Shown piece after piece: positions 13,801 through 27,815 of a stretch of DNA of 64,000 nt. The stretch covers positions 12,216,001 to 12,280,000 of the forward strand of contig NC_087438.1 in assembly GCF_036321535.1 (NCBI RefSeq). The letters run 5' to 3'. The notes under the pieces were generated by a model. That model was not told the origin of the DNA. It saw only the letters and a list, made by a program, of their open reading frames with translations, and made no database searches. The number at the start of each line of letters is the position of its first letter. The stretch's first letter is position 1. The position numbers were made by a program, and so were the translations under genes. The stretch is from Camelus dromedarius. Its lineage: Eukaryota.

Positions 13801-15984
13801 ATCATCATTCTCTGCCTATTCCCTTCCCATCCTCCATGGAACTTTCCCAAAAAGGGAATTTGGGCATCCTTCCTTTCTGGCGATATCCTTATAAGCTTAC
13901 ATCTCTTCAAATTTTATTTTTTAAGTAAAGATGGCTCTATAAGCCCTTATTTTAAACGTCTAGCTGCTACAAATCAAGTTAAAACCAATATATGGGAGGG
14001 AGAAAGGAGATTCAACATAGAGCTGTCTTTACTTAAAAAATAAAAGAGGTGATTTAAAATGTTTAGAAGCTGCTTACATAACCCTAAAGACAGGATTCCC
14101 CACCACCACCCCGCAAACACATACAATAGTATTATTCAGAAACAATACATGTTTTCAAATGAATTCAGTTTCAAAGCTGTTAAGGTCTTTTCATTGTGTA
14201 CTAGAAGAATTAAGATATTATGGGTAATTACTTTGTGGGCTGAGCTAAGCCTATTAAGATGGAGACAATATTTCTGTACAAAAGGTCAGAACAAATTACT
14301 AACAATATGAACAACTCTGTTAAGGAGGCTATAACTCAACACTCAAGACAGATTTTCTACATTTCAGAAAAACTGCTTAAAATGTCTCTCCTACCGGCAC
14401 TGAAATTCACCTCCATAAATTTAATGCCCTTTAAATTATGCGTGAGCGGGCATGAAACAGCAAAGCTAGAGGTTAATTTTCATTCGAAATTTTTAAATTT
14501 TTCAGATTTCTCCAAGATGGGAAGGATCTGGGACTTCACCAGCTCCACAGACCATCAAAACGGAGGCGTCTTTGTGGGCTGAGACACTGATAACTAATTC
14601 AGACTCACCAACAAAGAAGTTCTATTTGAACTTTTCACAATGGAAGCTGACTTCCCTGCCAACTCTTCTCACAAACTGTTTTTCATTAATAAGCTTTTTT
14701 TGTCAGTGTGTCTAATAATAAAGCCCACGAGCTCTTTGTCCTGGCTCATTATTCCAGACTTCAGCGGGCTCGGGCTTGGAGTTTAACTGGTCCGGCACCT
14801 ATGTGCCCACACCCAGGAACAGCCGTGACGTTTCCTGCTGAGATTAGCATAGTATCTAATAGACAACGAGGGTGAATCAGAGAAGCCATGAGACTAAGCT
14901 TTTGGAGGCATTGCTAGGAGCGGAGTAGTATTACGTGACACATACAAAATCAGGTGGCCAGTATATTTTTGGTTTCACAGTATAAAGCAACTCCTTAGGA
15001 AAAGAGCATCACACAGAAAATCCTTCACAAGAATGCATACACTTCTGACAATGTGTCCCCACACTAGCCGAAGTTTAAGTAAGTGTCATTTCTGATGCCG
15101 TGTGTGGACTGAGATGGGGGTCTAAGACTCACCTGCGCCTTGCAAAAAGCTCTTTTGTTCAAAATGTGTTGCCTCTTTGCCCAGAACTATGAGAGAAGCT
15201 AAGGAGATAAAGACAGAGGAGAAAGCGTGCCGAGAGCCAGGCAAGGGGAGGGGAGGACGAGAAACTGATCCTCCAAGTGCCTTTAAAAGCTGCTGTCATA
15301 AAGGAGCTGGGGCTCAGGCAGAGGGAGACCAACTCCACCAGGGAAATCACCTTCTCACAGGGGCCCCATCCCGTCGGTGATGTGACCTGACATGAGTCAA
15401 TCCACTATTTGGAACCTTCCTAATCTGCCCCAAGTTGGTAAGAAACACTCGCCCTCTCCAGTTACAGGGCTGCGTGAGAATCAGACAGGTGGTTACCACG
15501 CACACACCAAGGGACCTGGGAGCTCAGGCATTGCTACTCCAAACAGAAGACGCCTGCCTGCTCCCATCGGCTCAACCATGAAACTATCAAAGACTCGTTT
15601 TCCCTGGAAATCCGCTGTGGACTCTCGTTCCACTTGCCTGCTTCCTCCGGTCCCCCGTGGCCTGAGCCCACGGCCACTCATTTAGGAGGCCAGCCCCTCC
15701 AGTCCCGGTAGCCAGCCGAAACCACACGCAGCTGGCCCAGCCAGGGCAGCACCGACCTCCACACATCACATGACCTTCAGTGTGCTCCAGCTTAAAGTGT
15801 GCTCCCCACTCCACCCTCCCCTTTTAAATTTTTAGGACAATGACCTAACCCCAATATTTCTGGAACCTGCGTGTGCACGTCGACACACGCATATATGCAT
15901 AAACATACACACTCACACATACATATATCATTACAGCAATTCTTACCTGTGTAACCTGCCAGATACCTACATTCTGTCTGGCAG

Positions 15985-16110
15985 TCAGTCCTCTGGGAAG
16001 GTGCTATTCTAATCCCAATGTTATATATGAGGAAACTGAGGCCCAGCAAGCCTGCTTAACTTGGCCAAGGTCACACAGTACGTGACAGGCAGGGCTGGAA
16101 GCCAAAGGCA
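15985..16110 (-). mobile_element. MIR SINE remnant
   Basis: Reverse MIR core: attctaatcccaatgtta...gaggaaactgaggcccag...aacttggccaaggtcacacag. Confidence 0.7.
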
Positions 16111-17768
16111 AGCCATCAGAGGATGTCGGACAACAGAAGTGCAGGCTGGTGTGCCCTCCAGGCATGTTATACTTTCCTGTTTCAAAATAGGTTGTTTCGT
16201 TTATTTCCTGAAGGTTCTAGAACTTGCTTATCTAATTTTCTAAATAATATTAAAACAGTCACTCCTGCCTGTCCATTACTAAAAATGAAGTTTAAAAGAA
16301 ACAGTGTTTTAAAAGGACATCTATGCAAAGTCCTTGGACTTAGCACATCAATTATGCAGTGATGGGTAAAATTACAGATTTTCTTTTTTCTAAAGGAGTG
16401 AAATGGTCATGGGAAATAGAAAGTTAAACACTTAACCAAAAAGCTGCTAAGTTCATTAACAGCATCAAAAGTAGTTTGCCCAAGTTAAGCTTGGGAGGTT
16501 AAGTGAGGACACCAACAAAAATAATTACTTGGTTATTACATAACAACTTCAAATACTTAACCCATATTGCTTCATTATAATTTACCCCGACAAACAAAAA
16601 GATTGACACATAAGACGGAAACCATGCACCACAAGAAAGGTGTGTTATCTGAAGTTACGGGATGAATCAGCTGCTGAAATGGTCACAAATCACGGCCTAC
16701 GCCCCCTTTCTCTCTGTTCCCTCCTCCTCCCCCCAAAAAATTGTTCCATGTTTCTACCCAGCTTTTTTCATGAATCCTTAAAATGATTCTCTCAAACAAC
16801 ATTGCTAGAAAATCACTTTCTTCCAAGCAACTTACATCCACTTCTTTCTTTGAATAGTTGATTCTTTACCTGACTCAGGGTTGGTCCCCTGGGCCCTGAG
16901 AATTTTACATAAATCAAAGAAAAACACATTTCACTCCCATCAGATCCACATCACATATTAACAAACATCTTAAATTTTTAGGGGTTTTTTGGGCCAGAGC
17001 TAAGTGAGGTAAGTGCACAGAGAATGATTCCTGAAAATAAAGATTATATCCAGTGACTCCAAGATGTATCCATCACACCTTCTCCAATAACTTTGTCTAA
17101 CTGTGACTATTTTTTAAAAAAGAGCCACTTAAAACAGGCAACTATGTAATTATGGTATAAAATGAGGAATATTAATAAATGAAGCAAGAAAACTTAGGTT
17201 CTTTTTCTGTTAGTTCAATTAATCTACCAGAACTAACTGGTTGTTTTTTGAAAAGCAAAGCATGTGTGGTCTTACAATGTTATCACAATACAACAGACAT
17301 AAACAGGATTCTAGAACCTGATCTATACTCAGCCACTAATTCTAAGTGTCACCTTGCATACTATTTTTTGTCCTTAAAACTAATGTCAACCCAACAGTGA
17401 AATTAGGTGAAAGTTACAGCGACATTAAGAACACGTGTTATCCTAACTACATTATTCTCAATGGTTCTAAAATCAAGGTTTGCACAACTCTGAAAGTTGC
17501 ACAGAAACCACAGTTAACAATGGGGGAGTTGGGATTTCTGCCCACCCCTCCTTACATAGTCTGTAAAATTTATAAACTCTACAACAGGATTTTATTCCAA
17601 AGCAGAGGAATTTCAGACACATATATATTATATATATATATATATATATTTCCTTCTTGAATTATCCTACAAAACCTATAACTGAAGCCTTAACTAGATA
17701 TGTTAAAATGATTGAAAACCTTATCTTTAAGCAAAAGGAATGAGAGTGATTTAAAGTACCTGCTTCAG

Positions 17769-17872
17769 CGGGAGGGTGTAGCTCAGTGGTAGAGTGCATG
17801 CTTAGCACAATTCCCAGTACTTTCATTTAAAAAAAAAAGTGGGGTGGGGAGGACAGAAAAAAAAAATAATAA
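17769..17872 (+). mobile_element. tRNA-Ala-derived SINE (camelid Vic-1-like), internally deleted, composite tail
   Basis: gggagggtgtagctcagtggtagagtgcatgcttagca|caattcccagtac followed by A tracts. TSD taaagtacctgcttcag (17752-17768) / taaagtgcctgctgcag (17873-17889). Confidence 0.85.
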
Positions 17873-19091
17873 TAAAGTGCCTGCTGCAGAACTAAACCTC
17901 TCACTAAGGCAAGGTCCAGGAATTACAAACCTGGAGTCGGGAGAGCAATTTCCCTTGTCGGGTAAAAGATCCCTATTGCTGAGTTAATTGGAGCAGGGAC
18001 TTTCAAATGCTTAACTGGGGCTACTAATTTTCAAGAGCCAAATGAGACACATAAGACAATGGACTGAGTTTTTCTTAAAGCTTATAAAAGGCTGCCCTTT
18101 ATTTTGAAATTTTGTCCTTCCTGCCTTCAGTGTGTTAAAATCGCCTTTTAAAATTAAAATGATGGCCAAAAAGTTATTAAATCCCCTTACCTGACAAGAT
18201 GAAAGATGAGATAACTCTGTGCTGGTCTCCTAGAATTTCTGGATGCAGGGATCCAAAGGCCTGGGCACCAATGAGATACAGGATCCAGCCAGTGGGAGCC
18301 GTAAATGCAGACCTACCGTACCCCAGTGTTCACGGCTTGTGTACGGCTTTTGTTTTCAAAGTAAAATGAGGCCAAGCAGAAAGTCAAGCTAATGAGAACA
18401 CTGCTGTAAGAGTCACCAGAGTCAACAGGATTTGGATGCTGCTTCCTTCACACCAAGCTTTTTGCAACTCTGAAAACCACCCTGAAACCACTGACGGATG
18501 ACAGTCATTTCTGGGTGTGAGACACAATGTTCTAGGATGGACCTGTCAAGTCTCTCTCCTTCCTTCCCTCCCACACCCAATCACAAAGGCTAACTCCAGG
18601 GAGCCACTACCACACGAAGGAATTCTCCTAGATTATGATCATCACTTCATTGATCATCGTCTGACGTCTGTATTATCTCGGTTCTTTGCTGTCAAAAGCA
18701 GCTAAAACAGGATGAAGAGAAGCTTGGTGGCCACCACGAGGTTCATGATTAGCCAGTTAGTATTAAAGGTGGGGAAGATCATCTTCGTTGTGTGGGGCTT
18801 GCCTTTGAGACGACGCTTTATTAGTACGTGGCAGGTACTGAGGACACACCATGTCGGCACATCCCTCACACTCCCACATGCTCCCTCCTCTCCATTCTTC
18901 AAACCAACCCCGAAAGGTTAGTATCACCATTTTACTAACTGTCCATAGTCACTCAGTTTAGTGGCAAAGTCATAGCTGGGACTCTGCTCTCTGGTACCAG
19001 GTTCGTATTGAATCTCTTAAATACGCTTCTTCGGACTGTCAGATCATGTCCCTGTACCCTCAAACACAGTGGTGACTAAATTCATCTGACA

Positions 19092-19530
19092 CATCGATGA
19101 AGAGCGCTGTCTGTCACAGCAGCAGACAAAGGATGCTGTGGCCATCAAGCCCTCAGCCACCACAGCCACTCCCAATCGGGCACCCAGAGGGGACTCAGGA
19201 TAGAGAAAAGCAGGAGATACTGGCCCTAGGGAGCTAACGTGCATTATCAAAGGTGTGATTTCAATGAGCCCAGACTCTTGCATCTTCCCAAAGTGCTACA
19301 TTCAAGAACTTGAAATGTCTGGTTTTCTTTCATTAACAGTAATCTTTTGATGTTCCGAGGACCTAGTTTTTGTTGTAAAAAACTCCTATACATCCTGACT
19401 CCTCCCCTACCTCCTGGATCAGTCCCTCAGGGCTATATGAGAGGCTGTCTTCTAGACTTAAGTCCTGAGTTTTGTCTGCCAAATAAAACATAGTTCTCAA
19501 CTTTTAGGTTGTACATTTTTTGCCAGTACA
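19092..19530 (+). mobile_element. Solo ERV1-class LTR (artiodactyl type)
   Basis: agcccagactcttgcatcttccca..., cagtaatcttttgatgttc, TATA-like aactcctataca, AATAAA near 19482, ctcaacttttaggttgt, ends in CA. A homologous copy lies inverted at about 44705-45100. Confidence 0.8.
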
Positions 19531-22169
19531 GAACAATTTAAAATGTATACAGCCCAGAACACAAAATACATCTTCCTTCAGTCAACATTTACTGAACACC
19601 AGGGTTGTGGCGATACTCTGGGAGGCCCTGGGGTGCAGGGAAACATCTCTACCCTCATGGAGCTTCCAGTACAGAAAAGGAGAGACCACAATAACCAAAC
19701 ACATTTTTAAAAGTTATTTATAAACCGTAGAACATCCAAATGGTACTTGTGTAGACTCATATCCTAGAGAAGGCAATGCTGGTTTTAGCTGATCGACATT
19801 GATACTAAGACCCCAAACGAAAACAGCAACCACAGAAAAGGGAGCATGGTCTAGCTCAGCAGTTCCCAAAGTGTATGCATGTTGACGGGGATTAATTTAT
19901 GAACAGCTTCTCTTGCTGTGTGGAAAGCCTTATTAAGAATGGAAACACTTTATTTAATGCCTTTCTTCTTTCTTTCTGCCTTTTTAATTTCTTTGCTACG
20001 GAAATTAAAACTAAATGCATGCTCTTAATTTCTGAAAAATAATGTAGTGTTTCTCAGACTTTATTAACCCATCCCCTACTGGCTTCTCCCAATAGTATTT
20101 AGGACTGGTGTTCCCTCGTTAAGTTTTGAGAAATACCAGCAGCTAATACTGCTGGTAGGAGTTGACACCTACCAGCTAAGCACGGAAGGACCAATCTCAG
20201 ACTACGCAAGAGGCCACCGCCTACATCATCATCATCACCAGCATCACCATTACGGTTGCAGTTACCGTAACTGGCACTAGGTAACTAGGTATAAGCCCTA
20301 AAGGGCAGAGGCCATAGCTTTTCTTCAGTTGTGCCTGGACCATCAGCATATCTTGTGCACATGAGTTTTTTCAACTACATTTGGAAATATGATTACTACT
20401 CAGGAAGGTTAAAATAATAGCAACTATATGTGCAGTCCCTAAATTCTCTGAATTACTACTTTTAAAGCATTTTTCTCCTTCCACTCTGATAACCAAAAAA
20501 TAGCTTCAGGCCATCATCTGCACATCACATGCATTTTCTGATTGCTACGCCTTAATCTGCTTCTGGACAACAGTAGAGATTTAATTCCTTGCCCCACTGA
20601 TTTTATTTTATTTTTTAAAAACACAGTGGCTTCTCCACAGGTAACTAAAAATAAATTCAAAAGACGGCTTCTGGGTTTAAGACTATTCTTAAGAGTAACA
20701 TTCATTTTAAAGTCAGTTATGACTAAATCTGTATCATTAAAGAGTGCCTTTATCTACACCCCCCACTAAAAAAAGTACACACCCATAAAAGCACAAGGCA
20801 GCCAAGGAAAAAGGCTGAATTACGAGGACACATTTAGAGACTGCTGCAGAGTTCATGGCTGGGAGGGAAAACATTATCCCACAACACATTAATACAAGAG
20901 CAGAATATTTCAGGATCCGACTTTGTTTTCTTAAATATACTGAAACCAAACCCTGGTTGCATGATTCAGTCGTAAGTTAAACATCTGACCAAATAGCCAG
21001 ATTAACAACAAATTTAGAGACACATCCACAATGGTATTAAATAAATGTACTTACTTCAGAGGACACTTGTTCACAACATATTTGAGCTAGTAAACTTGGT
21101 CGTGGAAAAAAACCAATAATTTTTTTCTTCCCCAACTTGGTCTGAAATCTTTCCAACATTCCAAAGGAGCTAAAATATATGCCAACCCATACAAAAGAAA
21201 TTAAGATGGTAGGCTGGGTACATCTGCCTTAACCTAAAAACAAAAGCCAGTTTGCTCTGTCTTTAGAGCCAGCATAATGAAAGCACGAAAAGCCCAGATG
21301 GCTTAGACTTTCTTTACACAAAATAACCGAGAAGACTGACATCTAAACTCTTTTTTTCAGCAAGTCTGATCCTAACGGCAATTTTAGACCTGGAATTTCT
21401 GTAAGACCAAGAGGAATGCTTTTAGGTGAGTGAAAAATTAATTGTTCTATACCCTTCTGCATATTCGTCCAGGCTGCCTAGCCCAGCAACTGTAGGAAAA
21501 TGTTTTCACCAAAGAGCATCTTCAATTCACTCCGCTCTTTCTTACTGACACTGGCTTGATGTATTAAATCCGACACTCCAACCCCCAGCTGCTTATGCAT
21601 CTTTTCACAAAGAGAATTTTAGAAAGCAAAATAAAATCAATTATCAGTTAAAGAGCTTAAGAACTGGAATGGAGATTAGCAGGGAGAAAGATGAGGCAAA
21701 GGCCACAAACGGGTAGGCACAACCCAACGGCATTTCTGACACCTTCTAGTGAGCGTTGTAAAGAGATGCTTGCGGGGAGTGTGGTGGTAAATAATTCACC
21801 CTCGCTTTTTTTTCTCCCATGTAAAATGGCTTTTAACTAAAACAGTAGACAGCATAAAAACTTTATTTCCACCCTGGGGTCAATTTTATATTTCTGAACT
21901 TGAAGTCTTTCAGGGAGAGAATGAAAAAGTAGCCATTATGTTCTGGGGATTTTCTTCCCCCTGTATGACTTCACACTTCTTAAGAAAAAGTTATACTTAA
22001 ACCCAGAGTGGGTGGCCCCTTAGGAACCTCACCCCCAGCTACCTAGATTCCTTTTATACTGGAAAGTCAGGTCCTAGAAACTGACAGACCCGAAATTGCT
22101 TCTGTCTATGTGGCAGAGAAGTAAGAACAAACTGATCTTTATAAATGACACTTTAAAAGCGAGAAATTT

Positions 22170-22334
22170 AACAAGGTCCTACCATATATACATATTCAAT
22201 ATTTTGTAATAAACTATAATGAGAAAGAATATGAAAAAGTACATATGTATAACTGAAACATTTTGCTGTACACCTGAAACTAACACAACACTGTAAATCA
22301 ACTATACTTCAATTAAAAAAAAAATACCACCGAA
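22170..22334 (+). mobile_element. 5'-truncated L1 3' end (artiodactyl lineage)
   Basis: gctgtacacctgaaactaacacaacactgtaaatcaactatacttcaatt plus poly(A). Probable TSD aaaagcgagaaattt / aaaaatgagaaattt. Confidence 0.85.
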
Positions 22335-24319
22335 AAAATGAGAAATTTGGGTCACACGGTTGTTAAGAGGGTCAAACTGAGATCAATCAAATGAAAATAT
22401 CTTCCAAACTGCAAAGAATTATATAATGTCAGCCTTATGCAGCATTTCCATATTATTTTCATAGAAATAATGTGTGATAATGACTTTTGAGACTATTCAG
22501 ATTTGCAAACCCGTGATTGTGATTTCTCTTCTATTTGCTTAACGTGGTCCTCTGGGAAGATCAAACCAAATGATGGAAGCTTAGAAACAAAAATGAGAAG
22601 TATCAATTAATATACAAACGTGATATTACTGGTTAATTTGAGGAAATCAGAAAGCTAATCACTGGTTAGAATGAATGGACAGAGACACAGATACAGATGC
22701 AGTGAACAAGTTCTATAGAAGTAAAGTCTGCATATAACTTTAGGCACGTTCAAAGGGCAATACAGTTGAGGGCACAGATTTTTAAAAAGTCACAAAGTAA
22801 CAAGAAGCAGATTCTGAGTTACACACAACATTCATTTATTGCTGCCCAGGAAGGACTACGTACACTGGCTTCAACGCGGACGCTCAGAAGTAGTCCTTCT
22901 CTCCATGCATATGTAAATTAATTCATTCACCAGGGTCTTATTTTCAGTTCTCATTCGTAAGGGTTTATTGAACAGCCGGTACCAAAAAATTAACTCACTT
23001 TTTTGCCTCCGGCTTTCAGACACTAATCGAATTTCTTAACAGTTTGTGAATCCCTGTGCGAGTCCCCAGCCAGCTGGCAGAGGACTGAACAGTCAGCGTC
23101 ACTCTTCCGGTTCTGTGACTCTTCAGGCCTCGTCACCCTCAAGCAGGAGATGGCCCACGGAACCAAGCGAGGCCTGGACTACATGTGAGAAGCCTTCTTT
23201 GCTGCCAATGTGTCTGGTTTCCCTCTCAGGTGACCTTGATCAAAAACGCTCGGGGCCAAGGCGGCTCACATGGAAAGTGACAGCCAACACTAGTTGCTCC
23301 CCTAAGTCCTTTCCTTCCCCCAGTTCCCCACAGATACCCAATGAATGCTTGAATCAATATTACCTGTGTAACCCCAGGACTTCCAGGACTTCCTCGAAAG
23401 CCTTTGCCAGGCAGCCATGGAGGGGGACCAGTGAGGGTGGAACTGGACATGACGTGGGGATAGTTGGAGGAGCCACTTAAAGGGAATCTCAAAAATCCAT
23501 TATAAAAAAATTCACTATATAGGTCATTTCTTAAAGTTCCATCTTCTCTCTTGAAGAATTGCTACGCTTGTACAATGTTGCTGAACATCGAGTGAGCTGC
23601 CATGATTGCTGTCCATCCCTCTGAGGTCAAGGTGTTAAAACAGCCTCACTTGTACAAGGACACAGGCATGGCGATTTCTCACCTGCTGGGACAGTAAAGG
23701 CAGGAGGAAAACCATCCCTGGCAATCCAAGGTGTAAGATCGATGGCATTACTATTTTTCCCAGCAGACAAGAGGCCAACCACTTTTTCTCAAAGGCTACG
23801 TGAGCCAGCCTCTCTGCAGTCACCCCGTCCTGTCCTGGAGGTCCTCAGAGTCAGGATGTCTCTCCCTGTGTTACCAGCTCTCCCACCTGGGCTGATCCAT
23901 TCTTCCTAGTGGAAGAGAATCGCTGGTCCACACCACCTAAGGACCCCGGCCTCCTCTGGGCTAGATAACCCACTTTCCGGACTTCTTCTGTACAGCCCGT
24001 TCTCCAAGCTTTAATCATCTCTCCATCTTCTCTGAACCATAAGGGGGGAAAAGGGTTCCCATTTTCAGATGGCAGACCATAACTAGAAATAGTGTTTAAA
24101 AGACAGTCTAAACCTTTAATTCTATTCCTTTTTAACTCACTGCTCTTAACTATTATTCTGATCTCGAGCTTACACATCAAAATAACACCTTTACTTTTAG
24201 AAATATTAAAAGTGTGACCTATTATAAACCCTATAAAAATGGCCATAGATGGCTAACCATTCTTTTTCTTTTATAGGTTTCTTTTCAACTTAGCATTAAG
24301 ACTATTCCTTTTAAATAAA

Positions 24320-24695
24320 AGATGGCATATCCATACCATGGAATATTACTCAGCAATAAAACAGAATAAAGTACACGCTACAACATCAATGAACCTTGAA
24401 AACACTATGCTCAGTGCAAGAAGCCTGTCCTAAAAGACTATATATAGTACAATTCTGTTTGTATGAAATGTCTAGAAGAGGCAGATCTAGAGAGGCAGGG
24501 AGAAGACGTAGTTGCCCGGGGCCGGTTTTGCCCAGAGTGCAGGGTTTCTGTTTTGGGTACTGAACGTTGCAAACTTGTTAGTGGTGATGGTTGTGCAAGT
24601 CTGTAAATAAAATAAAAGCCACTGAATTGTACACTTTAAGTGGGTGGACTGTATGGGGTGTGAATTATATCACGATTCAGCTGTTAGAAGAAAAA
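24320..24695 (+). mobile_element. L1MB/MC-like 3' fragment
   Basis: atggaatattactcagcaataaaa...atgaaccttgaaaacactatgct...gtggtgatggttgtgcaa...ccactgaattgtacactttaa. Confidence 0.8.
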
Positions 24696-26717
24696 AGCTA
24701 TTCTTTTCCCTGCAGACCACAGCTCACACTGATGAAAATTATTAAGTAATCGCACCCGAGGTGCTGCAATGTGGCTACTGCCTCTTTCGCTCTTTTAGCT
24801 ACAAGAACATCTGCGAACTATTTCCGAATCTCCGTCAAAGACAGCAATGAGCCAAAAATGATGGATACTTCTCAGTGTGACTTTCCTCAAAAGACAGAAG
24901 TTATTTTTCCTACAGCATTTACATCATCTTTCCCTTGCAGAGAATGTCCAAACAGGGAACATCCAAAATAAGTATGGGACCTGGACACCTGACACCTACT
25001 CTCTCCAGGGCTACCTCCAGTGAATGTTTATGACACCCATGTAGTATTTTCTAAGCTAAGCTAAGTCCCTTTAGGGAAGGGGGGGGGGTGGAAATCAAGC
25101 CGAATAAATGTTTTAAATGAACAATCTTTCCATTTTAATATGGGACAGTTTTTACATCAGAAAAAAATGATTGCTAACTTGAAAAATCTGCAATTTTAAT
25201 CTCCCTGGTTTATCGTTGCTCAGGGAAGGAAATGAGGTTATTCGGACAGGATGTGCCCTTTAAAAGGCACACTGGCAACATTCCGCGGCGTCCTGATCTC
25301 TCTCCAGCCCTCTGTTAACAAAAGCTTCCTGAAACTGGGGACGGCGTACGCTCTAGCCCACTGTCACAGGAGTGAGTGGTTCTCAGCATCACCCTGTCAA
25401 CATCTGCCTTTAGCTCCCTTTGCAAGAGCAAAAGCAGATGGTTGGAGCAAGCCACTGTGAACTCTGACATGGCAGGAAGATGGAGACAATTCAGAACAGA
25501 AGATCATTCCAGAGGACAAAAATACTGGCTCAATTCTCAAGGGCTAGCTACTCGGCTACCCTCACTGGAAGACTGAGAAATACGATTAATTATTTCAAAA
25601 TTATTACAAGAACCATTTGGAACACTCAAACAGCAGCTGGATTAAGGCTGAGTCGAACCTCTGAAATGAAGCCACTGCATTTGGAACTTCTAATACAGTC
25701 TATGTGCCAAATTCACATGGTAAATGTAATGTTTAGTGTTATGGGAGACTGCACAAGTCTGCTCTAAAAGCTTCATCTATGAAACCCTATGGGGACATTT
25801 TTTCCCTCAAAAATTCATGTGAATAATCAAAACCATCATATTATACACTGCAGGATGTATTCCAGTAAAATCTTGAACAAGTTCACTAACATATGGACAC
25901 AGATAGTTGAAAACAAATATCAAAGAAAGGACTGTTCAAAACGGGTCGTTTCTTGGGAGAGTTTACAAGTATCAACAAATCTAAGCAAAGCGAGGGAAAG
26001 AGGGGCGTTTGATTCTACAGATGAGCCCCTTAGGGAGTCTTGCTTAAACTCCTAAGTTCTGATCAGGGCTGGGACGAGGGTGAGGCAGGTGTCCCAGATA
26101 CACAATTTAAGGCTGCACCAATTCTGGAGCTCGTGCAATGACCCTGGAGTGATGTGTCTCTACATGTGCACCCTGGGCACGCCATTCACCTTACCCCGGT
26201 CCCCCTTTCTGGTCACCAGCCCCATGTTCTGTAGGCCAGAGTGGCATGGACGATGAGACTACAAGAGCGTATTAAACCTAAGACTATCAAGAACTCGTGA
26301 GTTCCAGCAGCAGCTTCTAAATATAGAATCACTCTCCTTCCTCCGGCATTGGCACCTCACTTAGGAAACGTGAGCTGTGTAATTGGCTAGTGTGGCAAAT
26401 GGTAAGTTAAAAATTTAACTGCTCTTCAGTATTAAAAATAAGCATTAGGGGTCAAAACTTTACACAGCAGCCTCTAAACGTGTATAAGCACAATCAACTC
26501 ATTTTTGGAACTACTCCCATGAGTAGACCTTCCCTGGAAAGGTGTTAGGTGTAATTAACACACAACACAGGCTTTTCTTACTTTTGCTGCGCCTGGAGTG
26601 GCTCTCCGTTCACCCAGAAACAAACACTCAGTTACAGACTAAACCATAGGCAGTGTTAGTATTTAAAACTAGGCTCGCTGAGGGAGTGGGGGGGTGGGCG
26701 GGGGCAAGGGGAGGTGG

Positions 26718-26788
26718 GTGGGTAGAGCTCAGTGGTAGAGCGCATGCTTAGCATGCACAGGGCCCTGGGTTCAATCCCCAGCACCTCA
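26718..26788 (+). mobile_element. Tail-less tRNA-Ala(AGC)-like SINE or tRNA pseudogene
   Basis: gagctcagtggtagagcgcatgcttagcatgcacagggccctgggttcaatccccagcacctca, with intact D and T arms and AGC at 26750-26752. Acceptor and anticodon stems carry mismatches. Confidence 0.8.
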
Positions 26789-26999
26789 CTAAGATCACCA
26801 GACTGCGTTTCTCTCAGGACAGTGTTCAAGCACGGGGCCTTTATGGCTGGAGCAGTCCAAAAATGCACTTGGACTGTGTGAGTGACCATCTGTGTTTTTA
26901 AACAACATGCTTTTGGGGGAAGCCTGTGTATCAGATGCTTGTATTTAGAACAAGGATTTTTAGGAAGAAAACCCACACACAGCCTACCAAGCCCTACAA

Positions 27000-27190
27000 A
27001 CTGGTCCCCAAAGTGTGCCTTCCAGACAAGCATCACCAGCAGCACCGGGGAGCCTGTTAGAAATGCACATTTTCACGCCCCACCCGAGACTTGCTGAATC
27101 AGAAACTCTGTGTTGAGGCCCAGGTCTCAGGGGTTTCATCAGCCCCTCCTGGGGATTCTGATGCCTGCTCAGTTCTGAGCGCCGCCACAC
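27000..27190. mobile_element. MER5A-like hAT-Charlie element
   Basis: ccccaaagtgtg...cagcagcaccggggagcctgttagaaatgcacatttt...ccccacccgagacttgctgaatcagaaactctg. Confidence 0.8.
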
Positions 27191-27339
27191 TACAGGTAGT
27201 GCTCCTGGCAGCAGGAAACACGGGCTTTGCCGCTGCCAATCTTTGTCCTCTTCAGGAAGGATTTCTCTCTCGCAGGGAGAACAAAATGATGGGGCTAAAC
27301 AACTGATCCATCGACCTGCCGGGGGCTTCACAGCACAGA

Positions 27340-27492
27340 GTCCTACTGCAAATACAGATTCCTGGGCTCACCTCCGGAAAGGCTGGACCACTGGGTCCTG
27401 GGCTCACCTCTAGAGACTGAACCATTGGATGAGGCTCCCAATTAGCAGCCCCTCCAGTGATTCTGATGTGAAGCCAGGACTGGGGACCACTG
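27340..27492. mobile_element. MER5-like fragment with an internal ~36-bp duplication
   Basis: aaatacagattcctgggctcacctc (tcctgggctcacctc occurs at 27360 and 27396)...gtgattctgatgtgaagccaggactggggaccactg. Confidence 0.6.
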
Positions 27493-27554
27493 GAAGGCCC
27501 CCTGCACCACTAAACAGCACATCAGAAGTAACTGGGGAAAATGATCCTTTAGAT

Positions 27555-27815
27555 CAGGGTTAGCCAGCTTTTTCTGCAAAGGGCCAGATGGTTGATATCT
27601 CAGGCTGTTTGACTCCTAGAGTGGGCCACTTGGCTTGACTCAGTCTTAGATAAACCGATGAATAGGCATGGCTGTGTTTCCAATACCACTTCACTGAATC
27701 TGACTTTCTTATCATTTTCATGTGTCATAACATATTCTATTGACGTTTCTCAAACATTTAAAAAGGTATAAATCATTCTGAGCTCGCAAGCTGTAGGAAA
27801 AGAGGCAGCGGACAT
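27555..27815. mobile_element. MER58-like hAT-Charlie element
   Basis: cagggttagccagctttttctgcaaagggccagatgg...ggcatggctgtgtttccaata...aaacatttaaaaaggtataaatcattctgagctcgcaagctgta. Confidence 0.7.

Noticed and set aside
15868..15901. Short inverted repeat with alternating purine-pyrimidine tract (tgcgtgtgcacgtcgacacacgca)
   Set aside because: The 8-bp stem lies in a degenerate CA/TG-rich patch and is too short to support a structural or miRNA call.
26718..26788. Functional tRNA-Ala(AGC) gene
   Set aside because: The acceptor stem has three mismatches, the anticodon stem two, and the conserved U8 is replaced by G. It belongs with the two other SINE copies.
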